DNA from: Mobula hypostoma
Taxonomy: Eukaryota
Assembly: GCF_963921235.1 (NCBI RefSeq)
Contig: NC_086097.1
Span: 28,708,001-28,772,000, forward strand
Direction: 5' to 3'
DNA length: 64,000 nucleotides
The notes under the pieces are model-generated. The model did no database searches. It was not told the origin of the DNA and saw only the letters and a list, made by a program, of their open reading frames with translations. Made by a program: the position numbers and the translations under genes. Numbering within the stretch: position 1 is the stretch's first letter; each line of letters opens with the position of its first letter. Positions 26,201 through 38,800 of this stretch are shown piece by piece.

Positions 26201-28356
26201 ACAGAGAGTGGTGAATCTGTGGAATTCTCTGCCACAGGAAACAGTTGAGGCCAGTTCATTGGCTATATTTAAGAGGGAGTTAGATGTGGCTACGGGGATC
26301 AGGGAGTATGGAAGGAAGGCTGGTGCAGGGTTCTGAGTTGGATGATCAGCCATGATCATAATAAATGGCGGTGCAGGCTCGAAGGGCCGAATGGCCTACT
26401 CCTGCACCTATTTTCTATGTTTCTATAAATTAAACCTGCATAAAAGTGAATTATTTCCTTAAAATGATTCCGCTTCTATATATGATGACATTCCTCTAAA
26501 AGTTACAGATTCTTTTAAATATTTAGGTATTACCATCACTAAAAATTATGGAGACCTTTACAGAGCTAATTTAGTTCCCTTAGTGGATTTTATGAAGCAA
26601 TTTTTTTCTAGATGGAATCCACTTACACTTTCGTTAGTAGGTCGAATTCATGCAGTTAAAATGATGATTTTACCAAAATTTTTATATGTATTTCAAAACA
26701 TTTCTATTTTTTTAACTAAGAAGTTTTTTGATCAGGTTGACTCTATTATTTCATCTTTTGTTTGGAATAATAAAAGACCAAGAATTGGAAAATGTCATTT
26801 ACAAAAATTAAAAAAGGATGGAGGTCTTACTTTGCCTAATTTAAGAATGTATTATTGGGTGGTTAATATACATTATACGTGTTCTTGGTTATATTGGACC
26901 GATAAAAAGGAATGACCATCTTGGGTTGATTTGGAATTGAAAATTGTGAAACAATTTCATTTAACTTCATTATTAGGAGCTCCTTTACCTCTACAATTAG
27001 CTAAAATTTCTATTCTAAATATAAATCCTATGATTAATCAATCATTATGAATTTGGTACCAGTTTCATAGGTTTTTTAATCTTAAAAAATTTAACCTTTT
27101 TAGTTTAATTTATCGAAACTATTTATTTAAACCTTCACCTAGTGATCCTACCTTTTCTCTTTGGTGGAATAAAGGAACTTTTTTCTTTATGGACTTGTTT
27201 TAAGAAGGTCGATTGATGTCCTTTGAGAAATTAGTAACTAAATACTCTATCACATATTCACATTTTTTGCAATATCTTCAGGTCAGACATTTCTTACAAG
27301 AATATTTAAGTAATTTTCCATATATACAAGACTCTGACCTGTTAGACATTATTTTAAAAATGAACCCTTTAGTGAAGGTTTTATTGGGAAAAGTTATAAT
27401 TTATTATTACAACAGGATAATTATCCTTTACTTAAGATTAAGCAAGCTTGGGAAAGAGAGCTTAATATGATAACAGAGGATTGGTTGCGAATTTTGAAGG
27501 TGGTTAACTCTTCTTCGATTTGTGCCAGTCATACTCTAATTCAATTTAAAATTGTACATCGTTATTATTTGACAAAGGAGAGATTGTCTAAAGTATTTCC
27601 TAATGTAAATAGTCAGTGTGATAGATGCAAAACTGAGATAGCTATATTGACACATAGGTTTTGGTCGTGTGCTGTATTGAAACAATTTTGGAAATCTGTT
27701 TTTTCTACAACTTCTAAAGCTTTAAAAATCAATTTACAATCTAATAAATTGACAGTTTTGTTTGGTATAATTCCTCAACATATTCACGGTATTTCTATAT
27801 CTGACCAATACGTAATTGCATTTGTCACATTATTGGCTAGAAGGGCTATTTTATTAAAATGGAAAGATGCCTCTGATACTTTGATACAATGGTTCTCTCA
27901 GGTGATGTTATATCTTAGTTTGGAAAAAATTAGAAGTCGAACTTTTGATCCTAAATTTGACTTCGAGAAAAGGTGGGGTTCTTTTGCCCGCTACTATCAT
28001 TTGACTTGAGTTAATACAGATGGTCCTTTTCTGATGCTTGGGTATATGGATTTGGTTGGCGGTTTGATGTCTTTTTTTATGGAAGCTTGTATGGCGCATA
28101 GCTCCGGGTTTGTGCTCCAAATGGGTTTTACCCTTTTTTAGTTATCAGGGGTTTTCTCTGTTTTAGTTAGTAGGGTTTCTTTTTCACTTTCTTTCCTTTT
28201 TTCCAAAAAAAAAGCTTTAATACTTTGTTTTTTGATTATTCAGCCTGGCTGATAGTTTTACTCTTGTTCTTCATATGGATATGTTATTTGATTATTTTGA
28301 TGTATTTTTCTCTGTTGTTAATTCTCAATAATAATTAATAAAAAGATTTAAAATAG
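23256..28356 (+). mobile_element. 5'-truncated L1-clade LINE (ORF2 RT and C-terminal CCHC knuckle), split by a CR1 insertion
   Basis: LDAEKAFDRVEW, GTRQGCPLSPLLF, FADD (23801-23812) and CDRC..H.FWSC; AATAAA at 28337; 14-bp TSD aaaagaactcagca (23242-23255, 28357-28370) at a TT/AAAA site. Confidence 0.92.
23896..26425 (+). mobile_element. Young 5'-truncated CR1 LINE (APE C-terminal half + RT) inserted in the L1
   Basis: MGDFN, SDHN, KSPGPDG, YRPVSLTS, YLDFQKAFDKVPH and FADD; (ttctatgt) tail. The L1 frame rejoins across it as GLFSGY|KLNLHKSELFP. Confidence 0.93.
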
Positions 28357-29749
28357 AAAAGAACTCAGCAAAAGCTGGCTTACTATTTTCTTGAAAGTAC
28401 TCCTGCAATTCACCTTTCAGCTCAAATACCCTGTTGAGAACTCTTCCTCTGCTAAGCCACTGGATTTCTGTACGTAGCAGGAGATTGGTGTTCTCTTTGT
28501 CCAGGTTTTCACATATTTTTTAAAAACATTCTGTAGTCAACTGGCCTTTGCTTAACAAGGTTAACCATTTTTGTAGTATCATCCAGAACTTTTTTCATTT
28601 CATCTCCAAGAGTGTTCAACATCAGCACCTCTCTGTGAAGAAAGCAGAGTGTTGTGACATCAGAACTTTCTTTTTGTTTGGCAAGAGAAACAAAACCTTT
28701 CATTGTATCCATCCATTGATGGGCACCATCAGTACAGATGTCAACACAGTTTCTCCAAGACACACCTTTTGTTTCCAGATATGAGGACAAAACATTTGCT
28801 TGTTTCAGGCAGCTCTTTGCAACAGAAAGGTTTTCTTGAATTACACCATCATTTACAAATCTTACAAATGCTACAACATGACATCTATTGGTGAAATCTG
28901 TTGACTCATCAACCTGCATAGATCAGCATCATGTGACATGTCATCAATATGTTGAGTTATTGTACTGTTTCAGAGCGAAACCGCTTTCATTTCTCATACT
29001 GCATCTTGTCCTAACACACAATAATGAAATATAAAAAAACTAACGGCATAATAAATATCTAATTGAGAAAAATGCAAAAGATACGAAAACTTCACAATAC
29101 AATTCAGTTCTAACCTACACATTTCACCTTTTGCAACATTTACGACAACAGAAAAGTGGCAGACCAGCGCCCGAGTTGCGCTACATAAAAATTCCTTCTT
29201 TAGAATGAATAGTTCCCTCTAATTTTCAACTACACCGGTAGAGTTTGTTCACTCCCATAAATCTGTTGGTGGAGTGGAGGGGAAGTTGGGGGAGGTGTTT
29301 CGGGAGGGAATGGCTGACGTCACAGCCCAAGTTGGGCGAGTTCATTCAATGCTCGGAAAATGCACTTCACGCTCATCAGCTGATGTCCTCCCCTCCTTCT
29401 TCTTCATGTGCCTTGCGCGTTACACGCTTGGGCGATCATGGCTCTCCACATCGAACGATCCCTCACAGCGTCAATGATATCTCGCACACTCAGATCTGTT
29501 ACTTCTTTCACAGTGTCCATATATTTTCTACTTTGCCTTCCTCTTCTGCGTTTCTCAGGCATACGGCCTTGTAATGTAAGGTATTCTATTTCTCCCTTTC
29601 TGATGACATGGCCCAGGAGTTTCCTCTCATTTAATGTTCTCACTAAAGATCTTTTTGTATGGGCACGTTGGAGTACTGTCTCATTAGTTACCCTACCTCT
29701 ATATGATATTTTCAGCATTCTTCTAAAAAAAACACATTTCTGTTGCTTC

Positions 29750-31014
29750 GAACAACACACATCAAAGTTGCTGGTGAACGCAGCAGGCCAGGCAGCATCT
29801 CTAGGAAGAGGTACAGTCGACGTTTCAGGCCGAGACCCTTCGTCAGGACTAACTGAAAGAAGAGTTAGTAAGAGATTTGAAAGTGAGAGGGGGAGGGTGA
29901 GATCCGAAATGATAGGAGAAGACAGGAGGGGGAGGGATGGAGCCGAGAGCTGGACAGGTGATAGGCAAAGGGGATATGAGAGGATCATGGGACAGGAGGT
30001 CCGGGGAGAAAGAAAAGGTGGGGGGGGGAGCCCAGAGGATGGGCAAGGGGTATAGTCAGAGGGATAGAAGGAGAAAAAGAATGTGTGTATATAAATAATT
30101 AAATAACGGATGGATTACCAGGGGGAGGTGGGGCATTAGCGGAAGTTTGAGAATGTTCATGCTATCAGGTTGGAGGCTACCCAGACGGAATATAAGGTGT
30201 TGTTCCTCCAACCTGAGTGTGGCTTCATCTTTACAGTAGAGGAGGCCGTGGATAGACATATCGGAATGGGAATGGGATGTGGAATTAAAATGTGTGGCCA
30301 CTGGGAGATCCTGTTTTCTCTGGCGGACAGAGCGTAGGTGTTCAGTGAAACGATCTCCCAGTCTGCGTCGGGTCTCGCCAATATATAGAAGGCTGCATCG
30401 GGAGCACCGGACGCAGTATATCACCCCAGCAGACTCACAGGTGAAGTGTCGCCTCACCTGGAAGGACTGTCTGGGGCCCTGAACGGTAGTGAGGGAGGAA
30501 GTGTAAGGGCATGTGTAGCAGTGTTCCGCTTACAAGGATAAGTGCCAGGAGGGAGATCGGTGGGGAGGGATGTGGGGGGGGGGGAACGAATGGACAAGGG
30601 AGTCGTGTAGGGAGCGATCCCGGCGGAAAGCAGAGGGGGGGTGGGAAAGATGTGCTTAGTGGTGGGATCCCGTTGGAGGTAGCGAAAGTTAAGTGCACCC
30701 AGTGGCCACACATTTTAATTCCACGTCCCATTCCCATCCTGTCCCATGATCCTCTCATATCCCTTTTGCCAATCAACTGTCCAGCTCTTGGCTCCATCCC
30801 TCCCCCTCCTGTCTTCTCCTATTATTTCAGATCTCCCCCTCCCCCTCTCAAATCTCTTACTGGCTCTTCTTTCAGTTAGTCCTGACAAAGGGTTTCGGCC
30901 CGAAACGTTGACTGCATCTCTTCCTAGGGATGCTGCCTGGCCTGCTGCGTTCACCAGCAACTCTTATGTGTGTTGCTTGAAATTCCAGCATCTGCAGGTT
31001 TCCTCCTGTTTGCA
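29750..31014 (-). mobile_element. Penelope-like element with GIY-YIG endonuclease ORF (30056-30457) and inverted terminal duplication
   Basis: VIYCVRCSRCSLLYIGET...EH...HFN GIY-YIG peptide. About 240 bp at each end form an inverted repeat. 12-bp TSD ttctgttgcttc (29738-29749, 31015-31026). Confidence 0.88.
29815..29850 (-). ncRNA. Minimal type I hammerhead ribozyme, intact core
   Basis: Minus strand reads agtc-CTGACGA-agg gtctcgg cct-GAAA-cGTC-gact, with stem I agtc/gact and stem II agg/cct. Confidence 0.8.
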
Positions 31015-32002
31015 TTCTGTTGCTTCTGTTTCTCTGGAGTTCCAGTGTTATGGTCCATGTTTCAGAAGCATACAGCAAGATTGACCAGATGTAACATTTT
31101 AGTAGCCCAAGCTTTGTTGTCATACAGCACTCACCAAATAATGGTGGGAGCCTCCCCCTCCCCTATATTGCGTCAACGACTGAGAATGGACTCAAACGCG
31201 GTCCTACTGTGCTCTGCCGTACTGGATCTGAGACACCTCTCATGGGGCTGCTTGGTCACTGCCCACCACTGCAAGCACTAGCATCGCACAAAGTTCAAAA
31301 CACAATGTTCTTTTAAAAAATCATGATCTCTCACAGAACCCCAAACAACCTCTCATGGAGCCCCGGTTGAGAAACCCTGATCTAAAATATGCATGATTTT
31401 AAACACGAGATTCTGCAAATGCTAGTAATCTCGCATTATCAGCAGATCCTAGACTGCAGACTCAGGTTGCAAGTGCAGTTCCCCTTTTTGAAAACAAACA
31501 GAGATGGTACACTGACTTACAGGTACAATTGAAATGCAGAGGCCTTAGACCCCCCACTCCCCCAGACTACCCTGTTGGTGAGTGTGCAGTAGTGGGTTAG
31601 CATAGCGCTTTACAGAACCAGCAAACCGGGTTCAATTCCCACCGTTGTCTGTAAGGGGTTTGTATGTTCTCCCTGTGACTACGTGGCTTTCCTCCATCTA
31701 CTCCGGTTTCCTCCCACGGTCCAAAGATCTACTGGTTGGTAGGCAAATTGACCATTGTAAATTGTCCCGTGTTTAGGCTAGGGTTAACTCAGGGGCTGCT
31801 GGGTGGTGCAGAAGGGCCTATTCTACGCTGTATCCAAACAAATAAATATAATTGAAACCTCAGAGCAAGATTATAGTACCAAAGGGACAACAGGGTCTGA
31901 TGTGTACTTTGCCTCACAGAAAGTTGGCTCACTTCCATTATTTCTGACAAGCACTGCAGCCCAATTGCTTCACCAGTCCCTGTAAAGACAGGACAGATTT
32001 GT

Positions 32003-35000
32003 TATAGAACCATAGAACTATAGAACATTACAGCACAGAAACAGGCCTTTTGGCCCTTCTTGGCTGTGCCGAACCATTATTCTGCCTAGTCCCACTGACC
32101 TGCACCTGGACCATATCCCTCTATACACCTCTCATCCATGTACCTGTCCAAGTTTTTCTTAAATGGTAAAAGTGAGCCCGCATTTACCACTTCATCTGGC
32201 AGCTCATTCCACACTCCCACCACTCTCTGTGTGAAGAAGACCCCCCCCCCCATGTTCTCTTTAAACTTTTCCCCCTTTACCCTCAACCCATGTCCTCTAG
32301 TTTTTTTCTCCCCTAGCCTCAGTGGAAAAAGCCTGCTTGCATTCACTCTATCTATACCCATCATAACTTTATATACCTCTATCAAATCTCCCCTCATTCT
32401 TCTACGCTCCAGGGAATAAAGTCCTAACCTATTCAACCTTTCTCTGTAACTCAATTTCTCAACTCCTGGCAACATCCTCGTAAACCTTCTCTGCACTCTT
32501 TCAACCTTATTAATATCCTTCCTGTAATTTGGTGACCAAAACTGTACACAATACTCCAAATTCGGCCTCACCAATGCCTTATACGACCTCACCATAACGT
32601 TCCAACTCTTATACTCAATATTGTTTGTGTTTTCTTATACTCAATACTTTGATTTATAAAAGCCAATGTACCAAAAGCTCTCTTTACGACCCTATCTACC
32701 TGTGGCACAACTTTTAGGGAATTTTGTATCTGTATTCCCAGATCCTTCTGTTCTACTGCACTCCTTAGTGCCCTACCATTTACCTTGTAAGTTCTACCTT
32801 AGTTTGTCCTTCCAAAGTGCAATACCTCACACTTGTCTGCATTAATCTCCATCTGCCATTTCTCAGCCCATTTTCCCAGCTGGTCCAAATCCCTCTGAAA
32901 GCTTTGAAAACCTTCCTCACTGTCCACTACACCTCCAATCTTTGTACCATCAGCAAATTTGCTGATCCAATTTACCACATTATCATCCAGATCATTAATA
33001 TAGATGACAAATAACAATGGACCCAGCACTGATCCCTGTGGCACACCACTAGTCACAGGCCTCCACTACCACTCTCTGGCTTCTTCCATTAAGCCAATGT
33101 CTAATCCAATTTACTACCTCTCCATGTATACCTAGTGACTGAACCTTCCTAACTAACCTCCCATGTGGGACCTTGTCAAAGACCTTACTGAAGTCCATGA
33201 AGACAACATCCACTGCCTTCCCTTCATCCACTTTCCTGGTAACCTCCTTGAAAAACTCTAATAGATTGGTTAAACATGACCTACCAGGCATAAAGCCATG
33301 TTGACTCTCCCTAATAAGTCCCTGTCTATCCAAATACTTGTAGATCCTATCTCTTAGTACTCCTTCCAATAATTTACCAACTACCGACATCAAACTTACC
33401 GGCCTATAATTTCCTGGATTACTTTTAGAGCCTTTTAAAAATAATGGAGCAACATGAGCCATCCTCCAATCCTCCGGCACCTCACCCGTAGATACTGACA
33501 TTTTAAATATATCTGCCAGGGCCCCTGCAATTTCAACACTAGTCTCCTTCAAGGTCCAAGATAATACTCAGACAGGTCCTGGGGATTTATCTACTCTGAA
33601 TTACCTCAAGATAGCAAGCACCTCCTCTTCTTCAATCTGTACAGGTTCCATGACCTCACTACTTGTTTGCCTTATTTCCATAGACTCCATGCCAGTTTCC
33701 TTAGTAAATACAGACACAAAAGAACCATTTAAGATCTCCCCCATTTCTTTTGGTTCCATACATAGTCGACCACTCTGATCTTCAAAAGGACCAATTTTAC
33801 CCCTTATTATCCTTTTGCTTTTAATATACCTATAGAAGCTCTTCGGATTATCCTTCACCTTGACTGCCAAAGCAACCTCATGTCTTCTTTTAACCCTCCT
33901 GATTTCTTTCTTAAGTATTTTTTTGCACTTTTTATACTCCTCAAGCACTTTATTTGCTCCCTGTTTCCTATACATGTCATACATCTCTCTCTTCATCAAT
34001 GTTCCAATATCCCTTGAGAACCAAGATTCCTTACTCTTATTCACTTTGCCTTTAATCCTGACAGGAACATACAAACTCTGCACTCTCAAAATTTCTCCTT
34101 TGAAGGCCTCCCACTTACCAATCATATCCTTGCCAGAGAACAACCTGTCCCAATCTACGCTTTTTAGATCCTTTCTCATTTCTTCAAATTTGGCCTTTTT
34201 CCAGTTTAGAGCCTCAACCCGAGGACCAGATCTATCTTTATCCATGATCAAGTTGAAACTAATGGTGTTATGATCACTGGAATCAAAGTGTTCCCCTATA
34301 CGCACTTCCATCACCTGTCCTAACTCGTTTCCTAATAGATCTAATATTGCATCCTCTCTAGTAGGTACCTCTATATATTGATTTAGAAAACTTTCCTGAA
34401 CATATTTTACAAACTCTAACCCATCTAGACCTTTAACAGTATGGGAATCCCAATCAATATGTGGAAAATTAAAATCCCCTACTATCACAACTTTATGTTT
34501 CCTGCAGTTGTCTGTTATTTCTCTGCAGATTTGCTCCTCCAATTCTCGCTGACTATTGGGTGGTCTATAATACAACCCCATTAATGTGGTTATACCTTTC
34601 CTGTTTCTCAGCTCCACTCATATGGCCTCAGTAGACAAGCCCACTAATCTGTCCTGCCTGAGCACTGCTGTAATATTTTCCCTGACTAGCAATGCCACCC
34701 CTCTACCCTTCATTCCTCTGCCTCGATCACGTCTGAAACATCAGAACCCTGGAACATTAAGCTGCCAGTCCTGCCCCTCCTTGCAGCCAAGTTTCACTAA
34801 TGGCTATAATATCGTAATTCCATGTGTCAATCCATGTCCTCAGCTCCTCAGCCTTCTCCACAATACTCGTTGCATTGAAACAGACACACCTCAGAAGATT
34901 AATACCACCACACACAACCCTTCTATTTGTGACTTTGCATTAACATCATTTACTTTCACCCCTGCTCCACTATCTGCTCTGGCACATTGGTTCCCATCAC

Positions 35001-35870
35001 CCTGCAAATCTAGTTTAAACCCTCCCCAGTAGCACTAACAAACCTCCCTACAAGGATATTGGTCCCCTTGTAGTTCAGGTGTAACCTGTCTCTCTTGTAC
35101 AGGTCCCACCTGCCCCAGAAGAGGTCCCAATAATCCTGAAATCTGAAACCCTGCCCCCTACACCAGTTCCACAGCCATGGGTTCATCCGCCAGAGCATCC
35201 TATTCTTACCCTCACTGGCACGTGGCACCTGTAGCAATCCTGAGATTAGCATCCTCGAGGTCCTGCTTTTTAACTTCCTACCAAGCTCTCTATACTCACT
35301 CTCCAGGACCTCCTCACTCTTTCTTCCTACGTCGTTGGTACCGATGTGTACCATGACATCTGGCTGATCATCCTCTCACTTCAGAATGCTTTGCACGCAA
35401 TCGGAGACATCCCTGACCCTGGCACCCGGGAGGCAACAAACCATCCGGGAGTCTCTGTCATGACCACGTCCTTTCTGTACCTTTAGCTATTGAGCCCCCT
35501 ATTATTACCGCTCTCCTCTTCTTCCACCCTCTCTTCTGCACTGCAGAACCAGACTCAGTGCCAGAGATCTGGCTGCCACAGCTTGTCCCAGGTAAGTCAT
35601 CCTCCTTCAACAGTATCCAAATCAGTATACTTGTTGTTGAGGGGAATGGCCACTGGGGAACCCTGCTCTGCCTGCCCTTTCCCCTACCCTCACCTGACGG
35701 TAACCCAATTACCTGTGTGCTGCTCCTTTGGCGTAACTACCTCCCTGAAGCCACTATCTATAAACTCTTCACTCTCCCCAATGATCCAGAGGTCATCCAG
35801 CTCCTGCTCCAGTTCCCTAATGCGGTTGGTTAGGAGCTGCAGCTGGATGCACTTCTTGCAGGTGTCGTTG
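32003..35870 (-). mobile_element. Near full-length CR1 LINE: ORF1 (zinc finger/coiled coil + SGNH esterase) and ORF2 (APE + RT), disrupted
   Basis: CKKCIQLQLL, VHIGTND and DRLHLN in ORF1; YRPP, GDFN, SDHN and GVPQGSVLGP in ORF2; (atagaac) tail at ~32003-32030. Confidence 0.9.
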
Positions 35871-35879
35871 TCATGCAAG

Positions 35880-38800
35880 ATTTTCCCTTAAGGAAATCAT
35901 GCTGACTTTGGTTCATTTCAGCATGTGCCTCCAAGTACCCGAAACTTCAGCTTTAACAATTCACTCCAGCATCTTTCCAACCACTTAAGCTGGCTAACTG
36001 GCCTGTAATTTCCTTCCGACTTCCTCCCTTCTTGAAGAGTGGAGTTACATTTGCATTTTCCAATCTTCTGGAACTATGCCAGAATCTGGTGATTCTTGAA
36101 AAATCATTACTAATGCCTCTACCATCTCTTCAGCTACTACCTCTTTCAGAACACATGGTGTAGTCTATCTGGTTCAGGTGACATATCTATCTTCAGACCT
36201 TTCAGTTTCCCAAGCATCTTCTTAGTAAAAATAACTGTACTCACTTCTGCTCCCTTATACTCTCAAACTTCTGGCATACTTCTAGTGTCTTCCACAGTGA
36301 AGACTGGCGCAAAATACTTCTTTAGTTTGTCCACCATTTCCTTATCCCCCATTAATACCTCTTCAGTGGTCCAATATCTACTTTCACCTCACTTTTACTC
36401 TTTATATATTTGCAAAAACTTTTGGTATCCTCTGATATTATTGGCAAGCTTACCTTCATATTTCATAATAGCAAGGCATCTGGAAAGAAACGGATCCATC
36501 AGGCAGACACAGCATGGAGTTCTTTGAGGATATAACAAGCACAGTGGATCGAGGGGAACAAATAGATGTTATTTACTTGGATTTCTAGAACATTCGATAA
36601 GGTGCCGCATAAAAGAGTTATCCACAAGATAAGGATGCATAGGGTTGGGGGTGATGTATTAGCATGGGTAGAGGATTAATTAATAGAAAGCAGAGTTGGG
36701 ATACATGGGTGTTACTCTGGTCGGCAATCAGTAGCGAGTGGTGTGCCGCTGGGGTCAGTGCTGGGCCCACAAATGTTCATGATTTACATTAACAATCTGG
36801 AAGAGGGGACTGAGTGTAGTGTATCTAAGTTTGCTGATGATACTAAATTGAGTGGAAAAGCAAATTGTACAGAAGATATGGAGGGTCTGCAGAGAGATAA
36901 AGATGGGTTAAGTGAATGGGCAAGAGTCTGGCAGATGGAGTACAATGTTGGTAAATGTGAGGTCATCCACTTTGGAAGGAAAAAATGAAAGATTATTACT
37001 TAAACGGTAAATGCAGCATGCTGCTGTGCAGAGGGACTTGGGAATGCTTTGTGCATGAATCACAGAAGGTTGGTTTGCAGGTGCAGCCAGCTATCAAGAA
37101 GGCAAATGGAATGTTGGCCTTCATTGCTAGAGGGGTTGAATTTAAGAGCTGCAACTGTACTGGGTACTGGTGAGGCTGCACCTGGAGTTGTGTGTGTAGT
37201 TCTGGTCTCCTTACTTGAGGAAGGATGTATTGACTTTGGAGGCGGTTTACCAGATTGATTCCAGAGATGAGGGGGTTAGACTATGAGGAGAGACTGAGTT
37301 GCCTGGGTCTGCACCCGCTGGGGTTCAGAAGAATGAGAGGAGATCTTATAGAAACATATGAAATTATGAAAGGGTTAGATAAGATAGAGGTAGGAAAGTT
37401 GTTTCCACTGGTAGGTGAGACTAAACTAGGGGATATAGCCTCAAGATTTGGGGGAGTACATTTAGGACAGAGATGAGGAGTAACTGCTTTTTTCGCAGAG
37501 TGGTGAATCTGTGGAATTATCTGCCCAATGAAGCAGTGGAGGCTACCTCAATAAATATATTTAAGACAAGGTTGGATAGATTTTTGCATAGTAGACAAAT
37601 TAAACTTTATGGGGAAAAAGCAGGTAGGTGGAGACGAATCCATGACCAGATCAGCCATGATCTGGCAGAGTAACCTCAATGGGCCAGATGGTCTACTCTT
37701 GCTCCTATTTCTTGTGTTCTTATGTTATGTTTCGCTCCTTATGGAAGTTGTCTTCTGTTGGTATTTAAAAGCTTCCCAATCCTCTAACTTCCCACTAAGT
37801 TTTGCTATATGTCCTCTTTTGCTCTTAGGTTGGTTTTGACTTCCTTGTCGGCCATGGTTGTCATCCTGCCTTTAGGTTGCTACTACTTCTATGGGATGTA
37901 TCTATCTTGCACCTTCTGAATTGCTCCCAGCCATTGCTGCTCTGCCAGTCATTTCCTCTCTCATGCTGCTGTAATACTGATAAAAGTATGGCATGTGGCC
38001 AAGTGGTTAAGGCGTTGGTCTAGTGATCTGAAGGTTGTTAGTTCGAGCATCAGCTGAGGCAGCGTGTTGTGACCTTGAGCAAGGCACTTAACCACACATT
38101 GCTCTGCAATGACACTGGTGCCAAGCTGTATCAGTCCTAGTGTCCTTCCCTTGGACATCGGTGGCGTGGAGAGGGGAGACTTGCAGCATGGGCAACTGCA
38201 GGTCTTCTATACAACCTTGCCCAGGCCTGCGCCCTGGAAACCTTCCAAGGCACAAATCCACGGTCTCACGAGACTAATAGATGCCTATTAATACTTATAA
38301 ATCTGACTTTAGCACTTCTCCCTTTCAAACTGCAGGATAAATTCTATCATCTTATGATCAATGCCTCCTAAGGTTTCTTTATCTTAAACTCTCTAATCTT
38401 AAGCTCCTGTTCATTACACAACACCCAACCCAGAATATCTGATCCCCAAGTGGGCTCAACCACAAACTGCTCTAAAAAGACATCTCATCAGCATTCTACA
38501 AATTCTCTCAGCATCGTGACTTTGCCAATCTAACCAAATTTGCCAATTATCCAAATTCCCCTCAACTATTGTAACATTGCCCTTTTGAAAAGCATTTTCT
38601 AAATCCCATTCTAATTTGTAGCCCCACATCCTGACTAAAATTGGAGGCCTGTACTTAACTCCCATCAGGGTCGTTTTTATCCTTGCAGTATCCTTAACTC
38701 TACTCGTAATGATTCTACATCTTCTGATCCTAGGTCACCTCTTTCTAAGGATTTAATTTTTTTTTAAACCAACAGAGCCAGCACACACCCTTTGCTTACC

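Larger units (their letters stand above)
29396..31125 (-). mobile_element. RTE-clade LINE 3' fragment in two parts (29396-29749 and 31015-31125)
   Basis: CYIWSILLYASETWT and FFRRMLKISY..RVTNE.VL...GHVIR...RRRGR peptides; (GAA)n tail. Confidence 0.8.
22696..31379 (-). mobile_element. hAT (Charlie/Buster-type) DNA transposon, decayed and carrying nested retroelements
   Basis: TIRs cagcctttctcaacc / ggttgagaaaccctg; identical 8-bp TSD atctaaaa at 22688-22695 and 31380-31387. Transposase remnants on the minus strand: DESTD, CTDGA, CFLHRE and TEIQWLSRG (28371-28920), and WLRKLAHLADIF..LNKSLQG (23010-23241). Confidence 0.9.

Noticed and set aside
28509..28919. Possible domesticated ZBED5/ZBED8/SCAND3-like gene
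   Set aside because: It has frameshifts, a stop and an L1 insertion, and sits between TIRs with a TSD, so it is a dead transposon.
37988..38060. tRNA-like A/B boxes (also ~10160-10232)
   Set aside because: They continue into a SINE body and tail and I could not build a full cloverleaf, so they are SINE heads.
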